A DNA stretch of 64,000 nt from positions 2,833 through 66,832 of the forward strand of contig JBCCRC010000009.1 of the NCBI GenBank assembly GCA_039208375.1, given 5' to 3'. The notes under the pieces were generated by a model. The model was not told the DNA's origin and searched no databases. It worked only from the letters and a program-made list of their open reading frames with translations. Position 1 is the stretch's first letter. Each line of letters begins with the position of its first letter. Of this stretch, positions 28,103 through 37,082 are shown piece after piece. The position numbers and the translations under genes were made by a program. The stretch comes from Pseudomonadota bacterium (GTDB lineage: Bacteria; Pseudomonadota; Alphaproteobacteria; Rhodobacterales; Rhodobacteraceae).

Positions 28103-28917
28103 CGTTTCAACCGGTTGTTCCCTTCGGCGGTAATGCGGGTTGGGCGTTCTTGCAGCGCACACGCGAATCCCAGGAAGACGCCTTTCAGCAAAGCGCCGCC
28201 CTTCAGCGCGATGTGGCCTATTTCCGCGCGAACATCGGCGGGATCACCAGTGCCGAAGATCTCGTCGATGACCGCCGCCTGCTGAACGTTGCACTCGGGG
28301 CATTCGGGCTGGCTGAGGATATCGACAACAAGTTCTTCATCCGCAAAACGCTCGAAGAGGGAACGCTGCGGGACGACAGCCTTGCGAACCGTCTTTCCGA
28401 CAAACGCTACTTCACCATGGCCGAGGCGTTTGGCTTTGATCTGTCGCCCCCCCGGACCGTTGTCGGCGGGTTTGCCGACCCAATCGTTCAGGCTTTTCAG
28501 GAGCGCTCGTTCGAAGTGGCCGTCGGCAATCAGAACCCCGACATGCGCAGCGCACTCACATTCGCGCGCGATATCGGCGATCTCGCAGAACGCGGGCTTT
28601 CGGGAGAGGCGGCCTGGTTCACGGTGATGGCCACGCCGCCACTACGCACCGTCTTTGAACGCGCCTTTTCCCTTCCGATCGAAATCGGAACGCTCGACGT
28701 GGATCGCCAGCGTGAAATCTTTGAAGAAAAGGCCAACCAATTTTTCGGAAGCCCGGATGTGGCACAATTCACAGACCCAGAAAAGCAAGACGAGCTGCTG
28801 CGGCGGTTTCTGGCGCAATCGGAGCTGCAGGGCGGCGTTTCGCCCACCACACGAGGGTCCGCCGCGCTTGCAATTCTTCAGGCCAGCGCAACACCGCAGT
28901 TCGGCATCGTGCTTTAG
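28099..28917 (+). CDS. flagellar-cluster protein of DUF1217 type
   Basis: 272 aa, start overlaps the flbT stop. The position between flbT and fliI and the sequence character (AGWAFLQRT..., repeated helical segments) match alphaproteobacterial DUF1217 proteins, judged from memory. Confidence 0.55.
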   Translation: MTFQPVVPFGGNAGWAFLQRTRESQEDAFQQSAALQRDVAYFRANIGGITSAEDLVDDRRLLNVALGAFGLAEDIDNKFFIRKTLEEGTLRDDSLANRLSDKRYFTMAEAFGFDLSPPRTVVGGFADPIVQAFQERSFEVAVGNQNPDMRSALTFARDIGDLAERGLSGEAAWFTVMATPPLRTVFERAFSLPIEIGTLDVDRQREIFEEKANQFFGSPDVAQFTDPEKQDELLRRFLAQSELQGGVSPTTRGSAALAILQASATPQFGIVL

Positions 28918-30251
28918 CCCGAAGCGCCCTCGGTATCGGCCCCGGCAAGCAGGGCGGCGAGGGCCGAGAAGCTTTCGCCAACCCCCTGATGCGCGGTTCG
29001 TGACGCAAAGGCTTCGATCTTTGGCCATAGCGCCACCGCCCGATCAGCCGCCGGATCGCCACCGGCCTGATAGAGCCCCGCCTGCACCATCAACTCCACC
29101 TGTTCATAGCTGCCAAGAACCGCGCGCAGATCCGCAATGAGCGCGTTCTCGTCCTGGCTTGCGGCAGCCGGAAGCGCGCGAGACACTGATCTTGGGATGT
29201 CCACCGCCGGATAGCGCCCGCGCTCTGCAATCGCACGGTCAAGAATGACATGGCCGTCTAGCACGCCCCGCAGGACGTCTGGCACGGTACCGTCCATATC
29301 GCCCCCTGCGACGAGCACCGTGAGAACGGCCGTGATGTCGGCCACCCCGTCACCGCCCGGCCCCGCGCGCTCGGCCAAACTGAGAAGGCGCTGCGCAACC
29401 GACGCGGGATATCCACCCAGCGCCGCGGGCTCGCCCGACACCAGCGCGATTTCGCGATGAGCCTCTGCAAAGCGGGTGATGGAATCAGCGAGAAGAAGCA
29501 CATGCCGCCCGGCATCGCGGAAATGCTCTGCCACCGCCATGGCCGCATAGGCGCATCGGCGGCGCACCAACGGCGACCGATCCGCCGTTGCCGCCACGAC
29601 AATGGCCCGCGACATGCCCTTCGGCCCCAACACGCGCTCACAAAACTCGCGCAACTCGCGGCCCCGCTCGCCAATCAGGGCCACAACGACGAGATCGGCT
29701 TCGAGCCCCGTGGCCAGGCGCGCAAGCAGGGTGGATTTGCCAACACCTGCCCCGGCGAAAAGCCCCATGCGCTGGCCCCGTGCAAGCGGCAAGACCGTAT
29801 CGAAAAGCGAGAGGCCCGTGGAAAGCCGTGGCCCCAAGCCGCGGCGCGCCGCCGCCTCGGGCGCCGGGCCGATCAGCGGGCGGGGATCGCGGCCCATAAG
29901 CATCGGACCCTTGCCATCGATCGGCCGGCCGGAGGGGTCGACGACGCGCCCGATCCAGTCATCAGACGGCGCAAGCCGCGCGGGCCCCTCATGGCGCACA
30001 CGTGCACCGAGCCCGATCCCTTCCGCGCCACCATCGATCAAAACGTTAAGCCGTTCCGGCGCAAGCGCCACGACCTCACCTGAAAGACCATCCAGATCGG
30101 GCAGGGAAACCAGTTGCCCCAGTTCGGCAACCTCCGACAACCCGGTGACCTGAAGCAAACCGCGCTCAACCGCTGCGACGCGGCCAACACGCCGCACGGG
30201 GCGGGAGTTGAAGAGCTGAGCGGCAAGCGTATCAGGATGAAGCAACGCCAT
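28914..30251 (-). CDS. fliI: flagellum-specific ATP synthase FliI
   Basis: Walker A GAGVGKSTLL, Walker B HVLLLADSITR, F1-beta-like fold. Confidence 0.95.
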   Translation of the reverse strand: MALLHPDTLAAQLFNSRPVRRVGRVAAVERGLLQVTGLSEVAELGQLVSLPDLDGLSGEVVALAPERLNVLIDGGAEGIGLGARVRHEGPARLAPSDDWIGRVVDPSGRPIDGKGPMLMGRDPRPLIGPAPEAAARRGLGPRLSTGLSLFDTVLPLARGQRMGLFAGAGVGKSTLLARLATGLEADLVVVALIGERGRELREFCERVLGPKGMSRAIVVAATADRSPLVRRRCAYAAMAVAEHFRDAGRHVLLLADSITRFAEAHREIALVSGEPAALGGYPASVAQRLLSLAERAGPGGDGVADITAVLTVLVAGGDMDGTVPDVLRGVLDGHVILDRAIAERGRYPAVDIPRSVSRALPAAASQDENALIADLRAVLGSYEQVELMVQAGLYQAGGDPAADRAVALWPKIEAFASRTAHQGVGESFSALAALLAGADTEGASG

Positions 30252-30293
30252 GGGGCCCCCTATTCTGGCTCATCGTTTCTTAGGGAATCACCG

Positions 30294-30308
30294 TTAAGCC
30301 AGTGTTGA
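30294..30308. promoter_or_regulatory. CtrA-box-like TTAA-N7-TTGA in the fliI/flgB divergent region
   Basis: TTAAgccagtgTTGA(AC), 23 nt upstream of the flgB start and 43 nt upstream of the fliI start. Confidence 0.35.
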
Positions 30309-30330
30309 ACAGATCGCGGGAGAAGCCCCG

Positions 30331-30717
30331 GTGCTAGAACAGCCTCGACTAATGCAGTTGGCCTCGGCCATGGCCGAATACGCCGGCGCGCGGCAGCGGC
30401 TTATTGCGGAAAACGTCGCAAATGCCGATACGCCGGGCTACACCGCACGCGATCTGCCAGCCTTCCGCGCCATGCTGGCCGACGCCCCCTTCGATTTGCG
30501 GCGCACACGCAGCGCGCACATGCATGTGGGCGACGTGGCAATGGGCGGGATGGAAGTGCAGGTTGCTGCGGGGGAAGTCGCCCCAAATGGCAACTCCGTC
30601 TCGATTGAAACAGAGATGATGCGCGCGGCAGAGGCGCGCCAGCAGCATGACATGGCAATTGCGGTCTACAAGGGCGCGCTTGACCTGATGCGCAGCGCAT
30701 TGGGCCGGGGGAGGTAG
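30331..30717 (+). CDS. flgB: flagellar basal-body rod protein FlgB
   Basis: ENVANADTPGY rod motif, 128 aa, GTG start. Confidence 0.9.
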   Translation: MLEQPRLMQLASAMAEYAGARQRLIAENVANADTPGYTARDLPAFRAMLADAPFDLRRTRSAHMHVGDVAMGGMEVQVAAGEVAPNGNSVSIETEMMRAAEARQQHDMAIAVYKGALDLMRSALGRGR

Positions 30718-30723
30718 CGCACC

Positions 30724-31113
30724 ATGGCCTTGCGAGATGCGCTTTCGATCTCTGCCAGTGGTATGGCGGCGCAATCCCAACGTCTGCGGCACACGGCCGA
30801 AAACATCGCCAATGCCGAAACACCAGGATACCGCCGCAAGCAGGTGGCCTTCGAGGCAGAGCTTGTTGCGGGAACGCGCACCGGAAAGGTGCGAACCGGT
30901 CCAGTTGAACTGGATCGCCGCGAGCTGACCCGGACGTATGACCCCGGCCATCCGCTCGCCGATGCAAGCGGCTACCACGAAGGATCGAACGTCAATCTGG
31001 TAGTCGAAATCGCTGACGCCCGCGAAGCGCAACGGTCTTACGAGGCCAACCTGCGGCTCTTCGATCAGGCGCGGCAGATGTCACGGGGCATTTTGGATCT
31101 TCTGAGGCGTTAG
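30724..31113 (+). CDS. flgC: flagellar basal-body rod protein FlgC
   Basis: ISASGMAAQSQRL..ENIANAETPGYRRK. C-terminal EAQRSYEANL. Confidence 0.95.
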   Translation: MALRDALSISASGMAAQSQRLRHTAENIANAETPGYRRKQVAFEAELVAGTRTGKVRTGPVELDRRELTRTYDPGHPLADASGYHEGSNVNLVVEIADAREAQRSYEANLRLFDQARQMSRGILDLLRR

Positions 31114-31125
31114 GGAGCTGATCGG

Positions 31126-31404
31126 GTGGACATTTCCTCAACATTCGCAGCCCGCGGGTATGCGGCAACAAGAATTGCAACAGAGCCGGAGGTTGCCGGC
31201 GAGTCGCTCACATCAGTGGCAAGTGACTTCGCCCAAACCCTGCAGGATCGAGAAGTCGAAGCGGTTGACGCGCTTGCATCTCAGCCTGACCCCCTTTCCC
31301 TGGTGCAGGCCCTTGCCGAAACGCAGTTGGCCGTGGAAACGGCGGTTACAGTGCGCGATCGCGTGGTTGAGGCTTATCAGGAAATTCTCAGGATGCCGGT
31401 CTAG
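31126..31404 (+). CDS. fliE: flagellar hook-basal body complex protein FliE
   Basis: C-terminal LAETQLAVETAVTVRDRVVEAYQEILRMPV. Confidence 0.85.
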   Translation: MDISSTFAARGYAATRIATEPEVAGESLTSVASDFAQTLQDREVEAVDALASQPDPLSLVQALAETQLAVETAVTVRDRVVEAYQEILRMPV

Positions 31405-31410
31405 CATCCG

Positions 31411-31677
31411 GTGTCTGAAACCCTGTTTTACGACGTGATGCGGCAAGGCCTTTGGGTGTCTGTTCTGATGTCAACGCCGATCCTCGGCGTGGCGTTGGCA
31501 ACGGGCCTCGCGATCGGCCTCTTTCAGGCGCTCACTTCGATCCAGGAAATGACGCTGACCTTTGTGCCCAAGCTTCTCGCCATGGTCGCCGTGTTCTGGG
31601 CCACCATGGCGTTCATGACCGAGCTTCTAACGGCATTCTTTAGGCGCGATATCGTGCCCGCAATTCTGGCAAGCTGA
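31411..31677 (+). CDS. fliQ: flagellar export apparatus protein FliQ
   Basis: 88 aa, two TM helices, GLFQALTSIQEMTLTFVPKL. Confidence 0.9.
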   Translation: MSETLFYDVMRQGLWVSVLMSTPILGVALATGLAIGLFQALTSIQEMTLTFVPKLLAMVAVFWATMAFMTELLTAFFRRDIVPAILAS

Positions 31678-32399
31678 TGGATACGACTGGCTACACAACA
31701 CTCGCACGGCAAAGCGGCCTTCTCAACAACATGCAGGCGGTGGCCAACAACATGGCCAACCTGTCCACAACCGGTTACCGCCGCGAGCGTGTCATTTTCA
31801 CCGAATTCGTGGCGTCCACGGGCACAGCGACGCCATCGCTTTCGATGGCCGCCGCACGCGCCCGCGATACGGACATGACTCAGGCGCCGCTTCGCCAAAC
31901 GGGCGGAACGCTTGACCTGGCCATCGAGGGCCCCGGCTTCTTCCTCGTCGACACTCCCGACGGCGTAGCGCTCACTCGGGCGGGCACGTTTACGCTACTG
32001 CCCGACGGGCGGCTTGCCACGCCGCAAGGCTTTCCCCTGCTCGACGCAGGGGGCGCAGCGATCCAAGTCCCAGGGCCCGGCGCCGCTATCGCCGTTGCAC
32101 AGGATGGAACCGTCTCTTCCGATGGCCAGCCATTGGCCCAGATCGGGTTGTGGGACAATCCTGGCCCAACGCCCCCAGCGCGGCGCGATGGCGTGATGTT
32201 CCGCCCCGATGGCGCCCCGATCCCGGCCGAACCCGGGGCCCGCATCCTCCAGGGTTTTGTGGAAGAGGCAAACGTTAATCCGATAACGGAAATGGCCCGC
32301 ATGATCGAAGTGCAGCGCGCTTATGAGCTTGGGCAGGGCCTTTTGGACCGTGAGGATGAACGCATCCGCGCGGTGATCCGCACCTTGGCACAACAGTAG
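31677..32399 (+). CDS. flgF: flagellar basal-body rod protein FlgF
   Basis: NNMANLSTTGYRRE. C-terminal EMARMIEVQRAYE. Confidence 0.9.
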   Translation: MDTTGYTTLARQSGLLNNMQAVANNMANLSTTGYRRERVIFTEFVASTGTATPSLSMAAARARDTDMTQAPLRQTGGTLDLAIEGPGFFLVDTPDGVALTRAGTFTLLPDGRLATPQGFPLLDAGGAAIQVPGPGAAIAVAQDGTVSSDGQPLAQIGLWDNPGPTPPARRDGVMFRPDGAPIPAEPGARILQGFVEEANVNPITEMARMIEVQRAYELGQGLLDREDERIRAVIRTLAQQ

Positions 32400-32408
32400 G
32401 GACAAACC

Positions 32409-33194
32409 ATGCAAGCGCTCCAGATAGCCGCGACCGGAATGACTGCACAACAGACCCGCGTTGCGGTCATTTCCAACAACCTCTCGAATATGAGCACGAC
32501 GGGCTACAATCCGCGGCGGGCGGAGTTTGCCGATCTGCTCTATCAGCAGGTTGCCCGGCCCGGCACCGTGAACGCCAACAACGGAACCGTCCTGCCCACC
32601 GGCGTACAAATCGGCCTTGGCGTGCGGTCGGCGGCCGTTTCAGTGGATGTCATGCAAGGCTCTTTGGCCGCAACCGGAGGCGATCTTGATATCGCTATCG
32701 AGGGCCTGGGATTTATTGAAGTGACATTGCCCTCTGGCATTTCGGCCTATACCCGCGATGGGGCCCTGAAACGCTCTGCCGAAGGCCAGATCGTCACGTC
32801 AGACGGCAATCCGCTGGTGCCCGACATTACAATCCCGGAAGACGCGCGCTCGGTGACGATCAATGCAGATGGAGAGGTCTTTGCCTACTTTGACGATCAG
32901 GTGGCCGCGCAAGAGCTTGGCCAGATCACGCTGGCGGGCTTTACCAACGTCAAGGGTCTAGAAGCGATCGGATCAAACCTGTTTCTTGAAACCGAGGCGT
33001 CGGGCCCCGCGTTTGTGTCGGAGCCCGGAACCGATGGCTTGGGCACGGTACGGCAAGGTTTTCTCGAGGAAAGCGCCGTCGATCCTGTGCGCGAGATCAC
33101 TGAACTGATCAAGGCGCAACGCGGCTACGAGCTGAACGCCAAAGTTATCACTGCCGCAGACCAGATGCTCGGCGCAACAACACAGCTGCGATGA
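32409..33194 (+). CDS. flgG: flagellar distal rod protein FlgG
   Basis: SNNLSNMSTTGYNPRR. C-terminal ELIKAQRGYELNAKVI. Confidence 0.95.
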   Translation: MQALQIAATGMTAQQTRVAVISNNLSNMSTTGYNPRRAEFADLLYQQVARPGTVNANNGTVLPTGVQIGLGVRSAAVSVDVMQGSLAATGGDLDIAIEGLGFIEVTLPSGISAYTRDGALKRSAEGQIVTSDGNPLVPDITIPEDARSVTINADGEVFAYFDDQVAAQELGQITLAGFTNVKGLEAIGSNLFLETEASGPAFVSEPGTDGLGTVRQGFLEESAVDPVREITELIKAQRGYELNAKVITAADQMLGATTQLR

Positions 33195-33622
33195 TGCGGG
33201 CCCACGCTTTAGCGGCGGCACTCGGCGGCTTTTTCGCCGGCCCGGCCTGCGCCGCGGAAACCCTGTATGCCACGCGCACGATCCCCGCCCGCGCGATCAT
33301 CGCGCCCGGCGATGTGGACCTTCGATCGCCCGACGTTCCCGGCGCGCTCACCGACGCGTCCTTGGCCATCGGCTATGAGGCGCAGATCGTGATCTATGCC
33401 GGGCGCCCCCTGCGCGCGAGAGATCTTGCCCCACCGGCCCTTGTAGAACGCAATGATATCGTCACGCTCACCTACCGCGCCGGCACATTGGAGATTATCG
33501 CCGAAGGCCGCGCGCTCGGCCGCGGGCCCGAAGGCGCCCGGATCCCGGTGATGAACCTTGCCTCGCGCACCACGGTGACGGCCACGGTGATCGGGCCATC
33601 GCATTTGCGGGTGGGGGAGTAA
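33191..33622 (+). CDS. flgA: flagellar P-ring chaperone FlgA (short form)
   Basis: Signal peptide followed by IAPGDV...IVIYAGRPLRARDL...VTLTYRAGTLEI..GRALGRG, a SAF/FlgA-type C-terminal domain. Confidence 0.75.
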   Translation: MMRAHALAAALGGFFAGPACAAETLYATRTIPARAIIAPGDVDLRSPDVPGALTDASLAIGYEAQIVIYAGRPLRARDLAPPALVERNDIVTLTYRAGTLEIIAEGRALGRGPEGARIPVMNLASRTTVTATVIGPSHLRVGE

Positions 33623-33628
33623 CCTGCC

Positions 33629-34360
33629 GTGTTGCCCAACGCACTCCTTCGAAGCCTTTGCGCCGTCGCTGCCGCCTTCTTCACGGTTGGCTGCGCCGAT
33701 CTCAGCTCCATCGGAAAAACACCGCCTTTCACGCCCATCAACAACGGGCTTGAACATCAGGCGATGCAAGTACCGGCAAACGTAAACACCGCGCGCGCGT
33801 CGGGCCCCTCGCTTTGGACAGCTGGCCGCGGATCACTATTGGGCGACAGGCGGGCCAGCTCACAAGGCGACATTCTCACTGTTGTGATCGAAATCGACGA
33901 AAGCGCGGAGATCTCGAACAGCACCGAACGCAGCCGCAATGGCAGCGAAAACCTATCTGTGCCAAACCTTCTGGGGCTTCCAGGGCTGATCGACGGCCTT
34001 TTGCCCGGGGACGGCACCCTTGCCGATGCCGTAGATGCACAGGGCAGTTCCCGCTCATCCGGAGATGGCAGCGTCCGGCGCAACGAAGAGCTTGCCTTGC
34101 GCGTGGCGGCAACGGTGCTCGACGTTCTGCCAAACGGTGTATTGCGCATCCGCGGCTCACAGGAAGTGCGCGTGAACTTCGAGATCCGCGAACTTCTCGT
34201 CGATGGCTACGTGCGGCCCGAAGACATCTCACGCCGCAACGAAATCACCTATGACAAAATCGCCTCGGCCCGGATATCCTACGGCGGTCGGGGGCAGATC
34301 ACAGCGGTGCAACAGCCTCGCTACGGCCAGCAAGTGGCCGATATCGTGCTGCCGTTCTGA
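33629..34360 (+). CDS. flgH: flagellar L-ring lipoprotein FlgH
   Basis: Lipobox FFTVGC. DILTVVIEI and ISYGGRGQI motifs. Confidence 0.9.
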   Translation: MLPNALLRSLCAVAAAFFTVGCADLSSIGKTPPFTPINNGLEHQAMQVPANVNTARASGPSLWTAGRGSLLGDRRASSQGDILTVVIEIDESAEISNSTERSRNGSENLSVPNLLGLPGLIDGLLPGDGTLADAVDAQGSSRSSGDGSVRRNEELALRVAATVLDVLPNGVLRIRGSQEVRVNFEIRELLVDGYVRPEDISRRNEITYDKIASARISYGGRGQITAVQQPRYGQQVADIVLPF

Positions 34361-34860
34361 TGCATTTGATCCTGCCCCTTATCCTCGCGCTCATTGGGCT
34401 CGGGGCCGGGATCGGCGCCGGGCTTCTTCTCACGCCGGCGCCTGACCTGCCCGCGGCCGAAGAGGGCGGCGATAGCGCGGACGAACGCGAGGGGGAGGGT
34501 GCCACGGGCGGCAACGGGCAAGAGATCGATGGCGATCTTCTCGAATACGCAAGCCTCAGCAATCAGTTCGTGATCCCGGTCGTGAAAAATGATCGTATCG
34601 ATTCGCTCGTTGTGCTCTCGCTCACACTCGAAGTTGCGCCGGGCGCCACGCCCACCGTGTTTCAGCGCGAACCACGCTTACGGGACGGGTTTCTCAGGGT
34701 GATGTTCGACCATGCAAATATCGGCGGATTTGACACGAGCTTCACCCAATCTGGCAACTTGACGATCTTGCGCGCGGGGCTGCTCGATGTGGCGCGCGCC
34801 GTGCTTGGCGATGAGGTGCAGGATGTACTCATCACGGACATTCTGCGTCAGGAAGTGTGA
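34360..34860 (+). CDS. FliL-family basal-body-associated protein (paralog 1)
   Basis: N-terminal TM helix followed by FVIPVVKNDRIDSLVVLSLTLEV...LRDGFLRVMFD, a FliL-like fold. Confidence 0.7.
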   Translation: MHLILPLILALIGLGAGIGAGLLLTPAPDLPAAEEGGDSADEREGEGATGGNGQEIDGDLLEYASLSNQFVIPVVKNDRIDSLVVLSLTLEVAPGATPTVFQREPRLRDGFLRVMFDHANIGGFDTSFTQSGNLTILRAGLLDVARAVLGDEVQDVLITDILRQEV

Positions 34861-35210
34861 CGGCGGCGCCGGGCGGCGGCCGCACCCGCGACGGCGCGTA
34901 CATGTAGCTGCTCCAACGCGGCCCGGCGCCCGATTGCGGTGCGAAGCGCGGATATCAGCCCAGCGTGGTCCACCCGCAGTCGGGCAATCTCCCGTTGCAG
35001 CGCCGCCAATCGTTCCGGTCGGGCCGCGAGGGACTTGAGCGCGCCGAGCGCGCCGTCAGGGTCAGATGGCAGCGTGATCTGCTCAAGTTGTCTGGCCGCC
35101 TCGACCCGTCGCGCCAAACACCGTGCCGCCACGGCAAGGTCCGACCGTGCGCGCAGCTCCGATGCGTGCGCGACGGCAACCAGGCGTTCAAGCCGCGCCA
35201 CATCGTTCAT
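34848..35210 (-). CDS. small coiled-coil protein downstream of flhB (FliJ-like?)
   Basis: ATG at 35210 lies 7 nt after the flhB stop. 120-aa Ala/Arg/Leu-rich helical protein. The longer ORF to 35474 overlaps flhB and was rejected. Confidence 0.45.
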   Translation of the reverse strand: MNDVARLERLVAVAHASELRARSDLAVAARCLARRVEAARQLEQITLPSDPDGALGALKSLAARPERLAALQREIARLRVDHAGLISALRTAIGRRAALEQLHVRAVAGAAAARRRRHTS

Positions 35211-35217
35211 CGCCCGC

Positions 35218-36309
35218 TCACCGCCGGCGGGCCCGGCGCAGGATGGCATCGGCAAACCGGATCGCAGCCGCAACGGCACGGTAGTGCTCTGGCGGGATCT
35301 GAGCGCCAATCTCAACCGTGGCGTAGAGCGCCCGCGCGGTTGGCGGATCAAAACGGATCGGCACACCGGCCTCGGACGCCACCGCACGGATCCGCGCGGC
35401 CACCAGATCGGTGCCCTTCGCCACGCAAACCGGCGCCGTCTTCTGCCGGCGGTCCCAAGCCAGCGCCACCGCATAGTGGCGGGGGTTGACGATCACCACG
35501 CTGGCCCCCGGCACCTCGTCAAGCATCCGGTTCGTGGCGATATCCATTGCACGCTCGCGCCGCCGCGCCTTGAGTGCCGGATCGCCCTCGTTTTGCTTCA
35601 CTTCTTCTTCGATCTCACGCCGCGACATGCGGTTTTTCCGGATGTGTTCCGCCCGCTGCCACGCGTAGTCGACAACCGCGATCGCGCTGGCCACGATCAC
35701 GACAACAGCCAAGAACCGCCGCGATACCTCAAGCATCGCGACGGTGGCCTGGGCTGGGGTAGTCGCAAGCGTGGCCAGAATCAGAGGCAGCTCCCATAGA
35801 ATGAAACCACCCAGGCAAGCGGAAAAGATGATCAACTTGACCGTGCTCTTGGCAAATTCGAATAGGCCCCCGCGCCCAAATTTTTGTTTTGCCCCCTCAA
35901 TCGGCGAGATGCGCGAGATCTTGGGCTTGAGCTTCTCGCCCGCAAAAATGAATGCCTGCTGAACGATCACGCCCAACAGCGCGGCGAGAAAGGGAAGCCC
36001 AAACCACGGTGCAAGGGTTGGCAGCAGCGCCAGTGTCACCGGCGCCAGAGCCACCGCAGCGGAGCCGTCAAAGGTGTTGTGGGCCAGGGCGTTGGCGTCT
36101 TCGATCATATGGGCGAGGATGGACGTAATACCGGCCAGGGCACCGCCGCCGAAGGCCACCGCCGCCAAAAGGAGCCCGGCATAACCCGCCGCCGCCGTGA
36201 GATCTGCCGAGCGCGGCACGTCACCTTTGCGCCGCGCCTCTTCGAGCCGCTTGGGCGTTGGGTCAAACGGCTTGTCGGCGTTGTCCTCCTCTTCGCCCTC
36301 GGCCATCAT
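35218..36309 (-). CDS. flhB: flagellar export switch protein FlhB
   Basis: N-terminal PTPKRLEEARRKGDVPRS, four TM helices. The autocleavage-site region reads NPRHYAVAL. Confidence 0.95.
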   Translation of the reverse strand: MMAEGEEEDNADKPFDPTPKRLEEARRKGDVPRSADLTAAAGYAGLLLAAVAFGGGALAGITSILAHMIEDANALAHNTFDGSAAVALAPVTLALLPTLAPWFGLPFLAALLGVIVQQAFIFAGEKLKPKISRISPIEGAKQKFGRGGLFEFAKSTVKLIIFSACLGGFILWELPLILATLATTPAQATVAMLEVSRRFLAVVVIVASAIAVVDYAWQRAEHIRKNRMSRREIEEEVKQNEGDPALKARRRERAMDIATNRMLDEVPGASVVIVNPRHYAVALAWDRRQKTAPVCVAKGTDLVAARIRAVASEAGVPIRFDPPTARALYATVEIGAQIPPEHYRAVAAAIRFADAILRRARRR

Positions 36310-37082
36310 CCGCCCCCGAATGGCGCGAAGAGCAAACCATCAAGTGCGGCGTTCCACGTCTCCAGCATATACGGTGCCGTGAGCCAAAGCACGAGAAGGC
36401 CGCCCGCCGTAATCGCAGGGGCGCCGACAAAAGCCACCATAAGCTGGGGCATGGCCCGATTGATCGCACCGAGAGCCAGATTGTAAACGAGGGAAGCGAT
36501 CACGAAGGGTGCGGCGAGGGAAAACGCGAGGGCAAGTGCACCTGCCACCTGAGCCACACCCCAATCGGCCAGCCTGTCGGCCGCAATCGGCACGCCCTGA
36601 GGCAAAATCCGGTAGGTTTCCACAAACGCGGCAACGAGCTTCACGTGCAGCCCGGTCAGCGTGGCCAGCGCCAGCCCGCCAACCACGAGGAGGTGAGACA
36701 TGGCGGGCTGCGGATCAACACTAGCTCCGCCCAGAAGCTGGGACAGGGATACGACGTTGGCCGCAATCGTGCCCGCCATCTGCAAGGTCACAACGGCCAG
36801 ACGCAGGGAAATGCCGAACGCAAGGCCTGCGACGACCTCGATCCCGGCCGCCGCAACATAGGCGGGTGGCGCAGGGGGCGGTGCCGGCGCGCCCGGCAGA
36901 ATGATCGGGGTGACAAGAACGGTGAGTGAGAGCGAGAGCCCAAGACGAACGCGCACGGGCACAGTGCGTTCGCCGAAGGCGGGAAGCAGCGCCATCGCAG
37001 CCCCAATTCTGAGAAACACCAAGAATCCGGCGGCCAGCGAAACTTGTGCAGCGCCAAGCACGTCAGCAAGCGCGGCGCTCAT
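36306..37082 (-). CDS. fliR: flagellar export apparatus protein FliR
   Basis: 258 aa polytopic membrane protein between flhA and flhB, with 4-nt overlaps on both sides. Confidence 0.85.
   Translation of the reverse strand: MSAALADVLGAAQVSLAAGFLVFLRIGAAMALLPAFGERTVPVRVRLGLSLSLTVLVTPIILPGAPAPPPAPPAYVAAAGIEVVAGLAFGISLRLAVVTLQMAGTIAANVVSLSQLLGGASVDPQPAMSHLLVVGGLALATLTGLHVKLVAAFVETYRILPQGVPIAADRLADWGVAQVAGALALAFSLAAPFVIASLVYNLALGAINRAMPQLMVAFVGAPAITAGGLLVLWLTAPYMLETWNAALDGLLFAPFGGG

Noticed and set aside
35211-35474. 208-aa version of the small coiled-coil ORF extending into flhB.
   Set aside because: The extension overlaps the flhB C-terminal coding region in another frame and translates to an Arg/Trp/Pro-rich sequence. 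The internal ATG just after the flhB stop is the plausible start.
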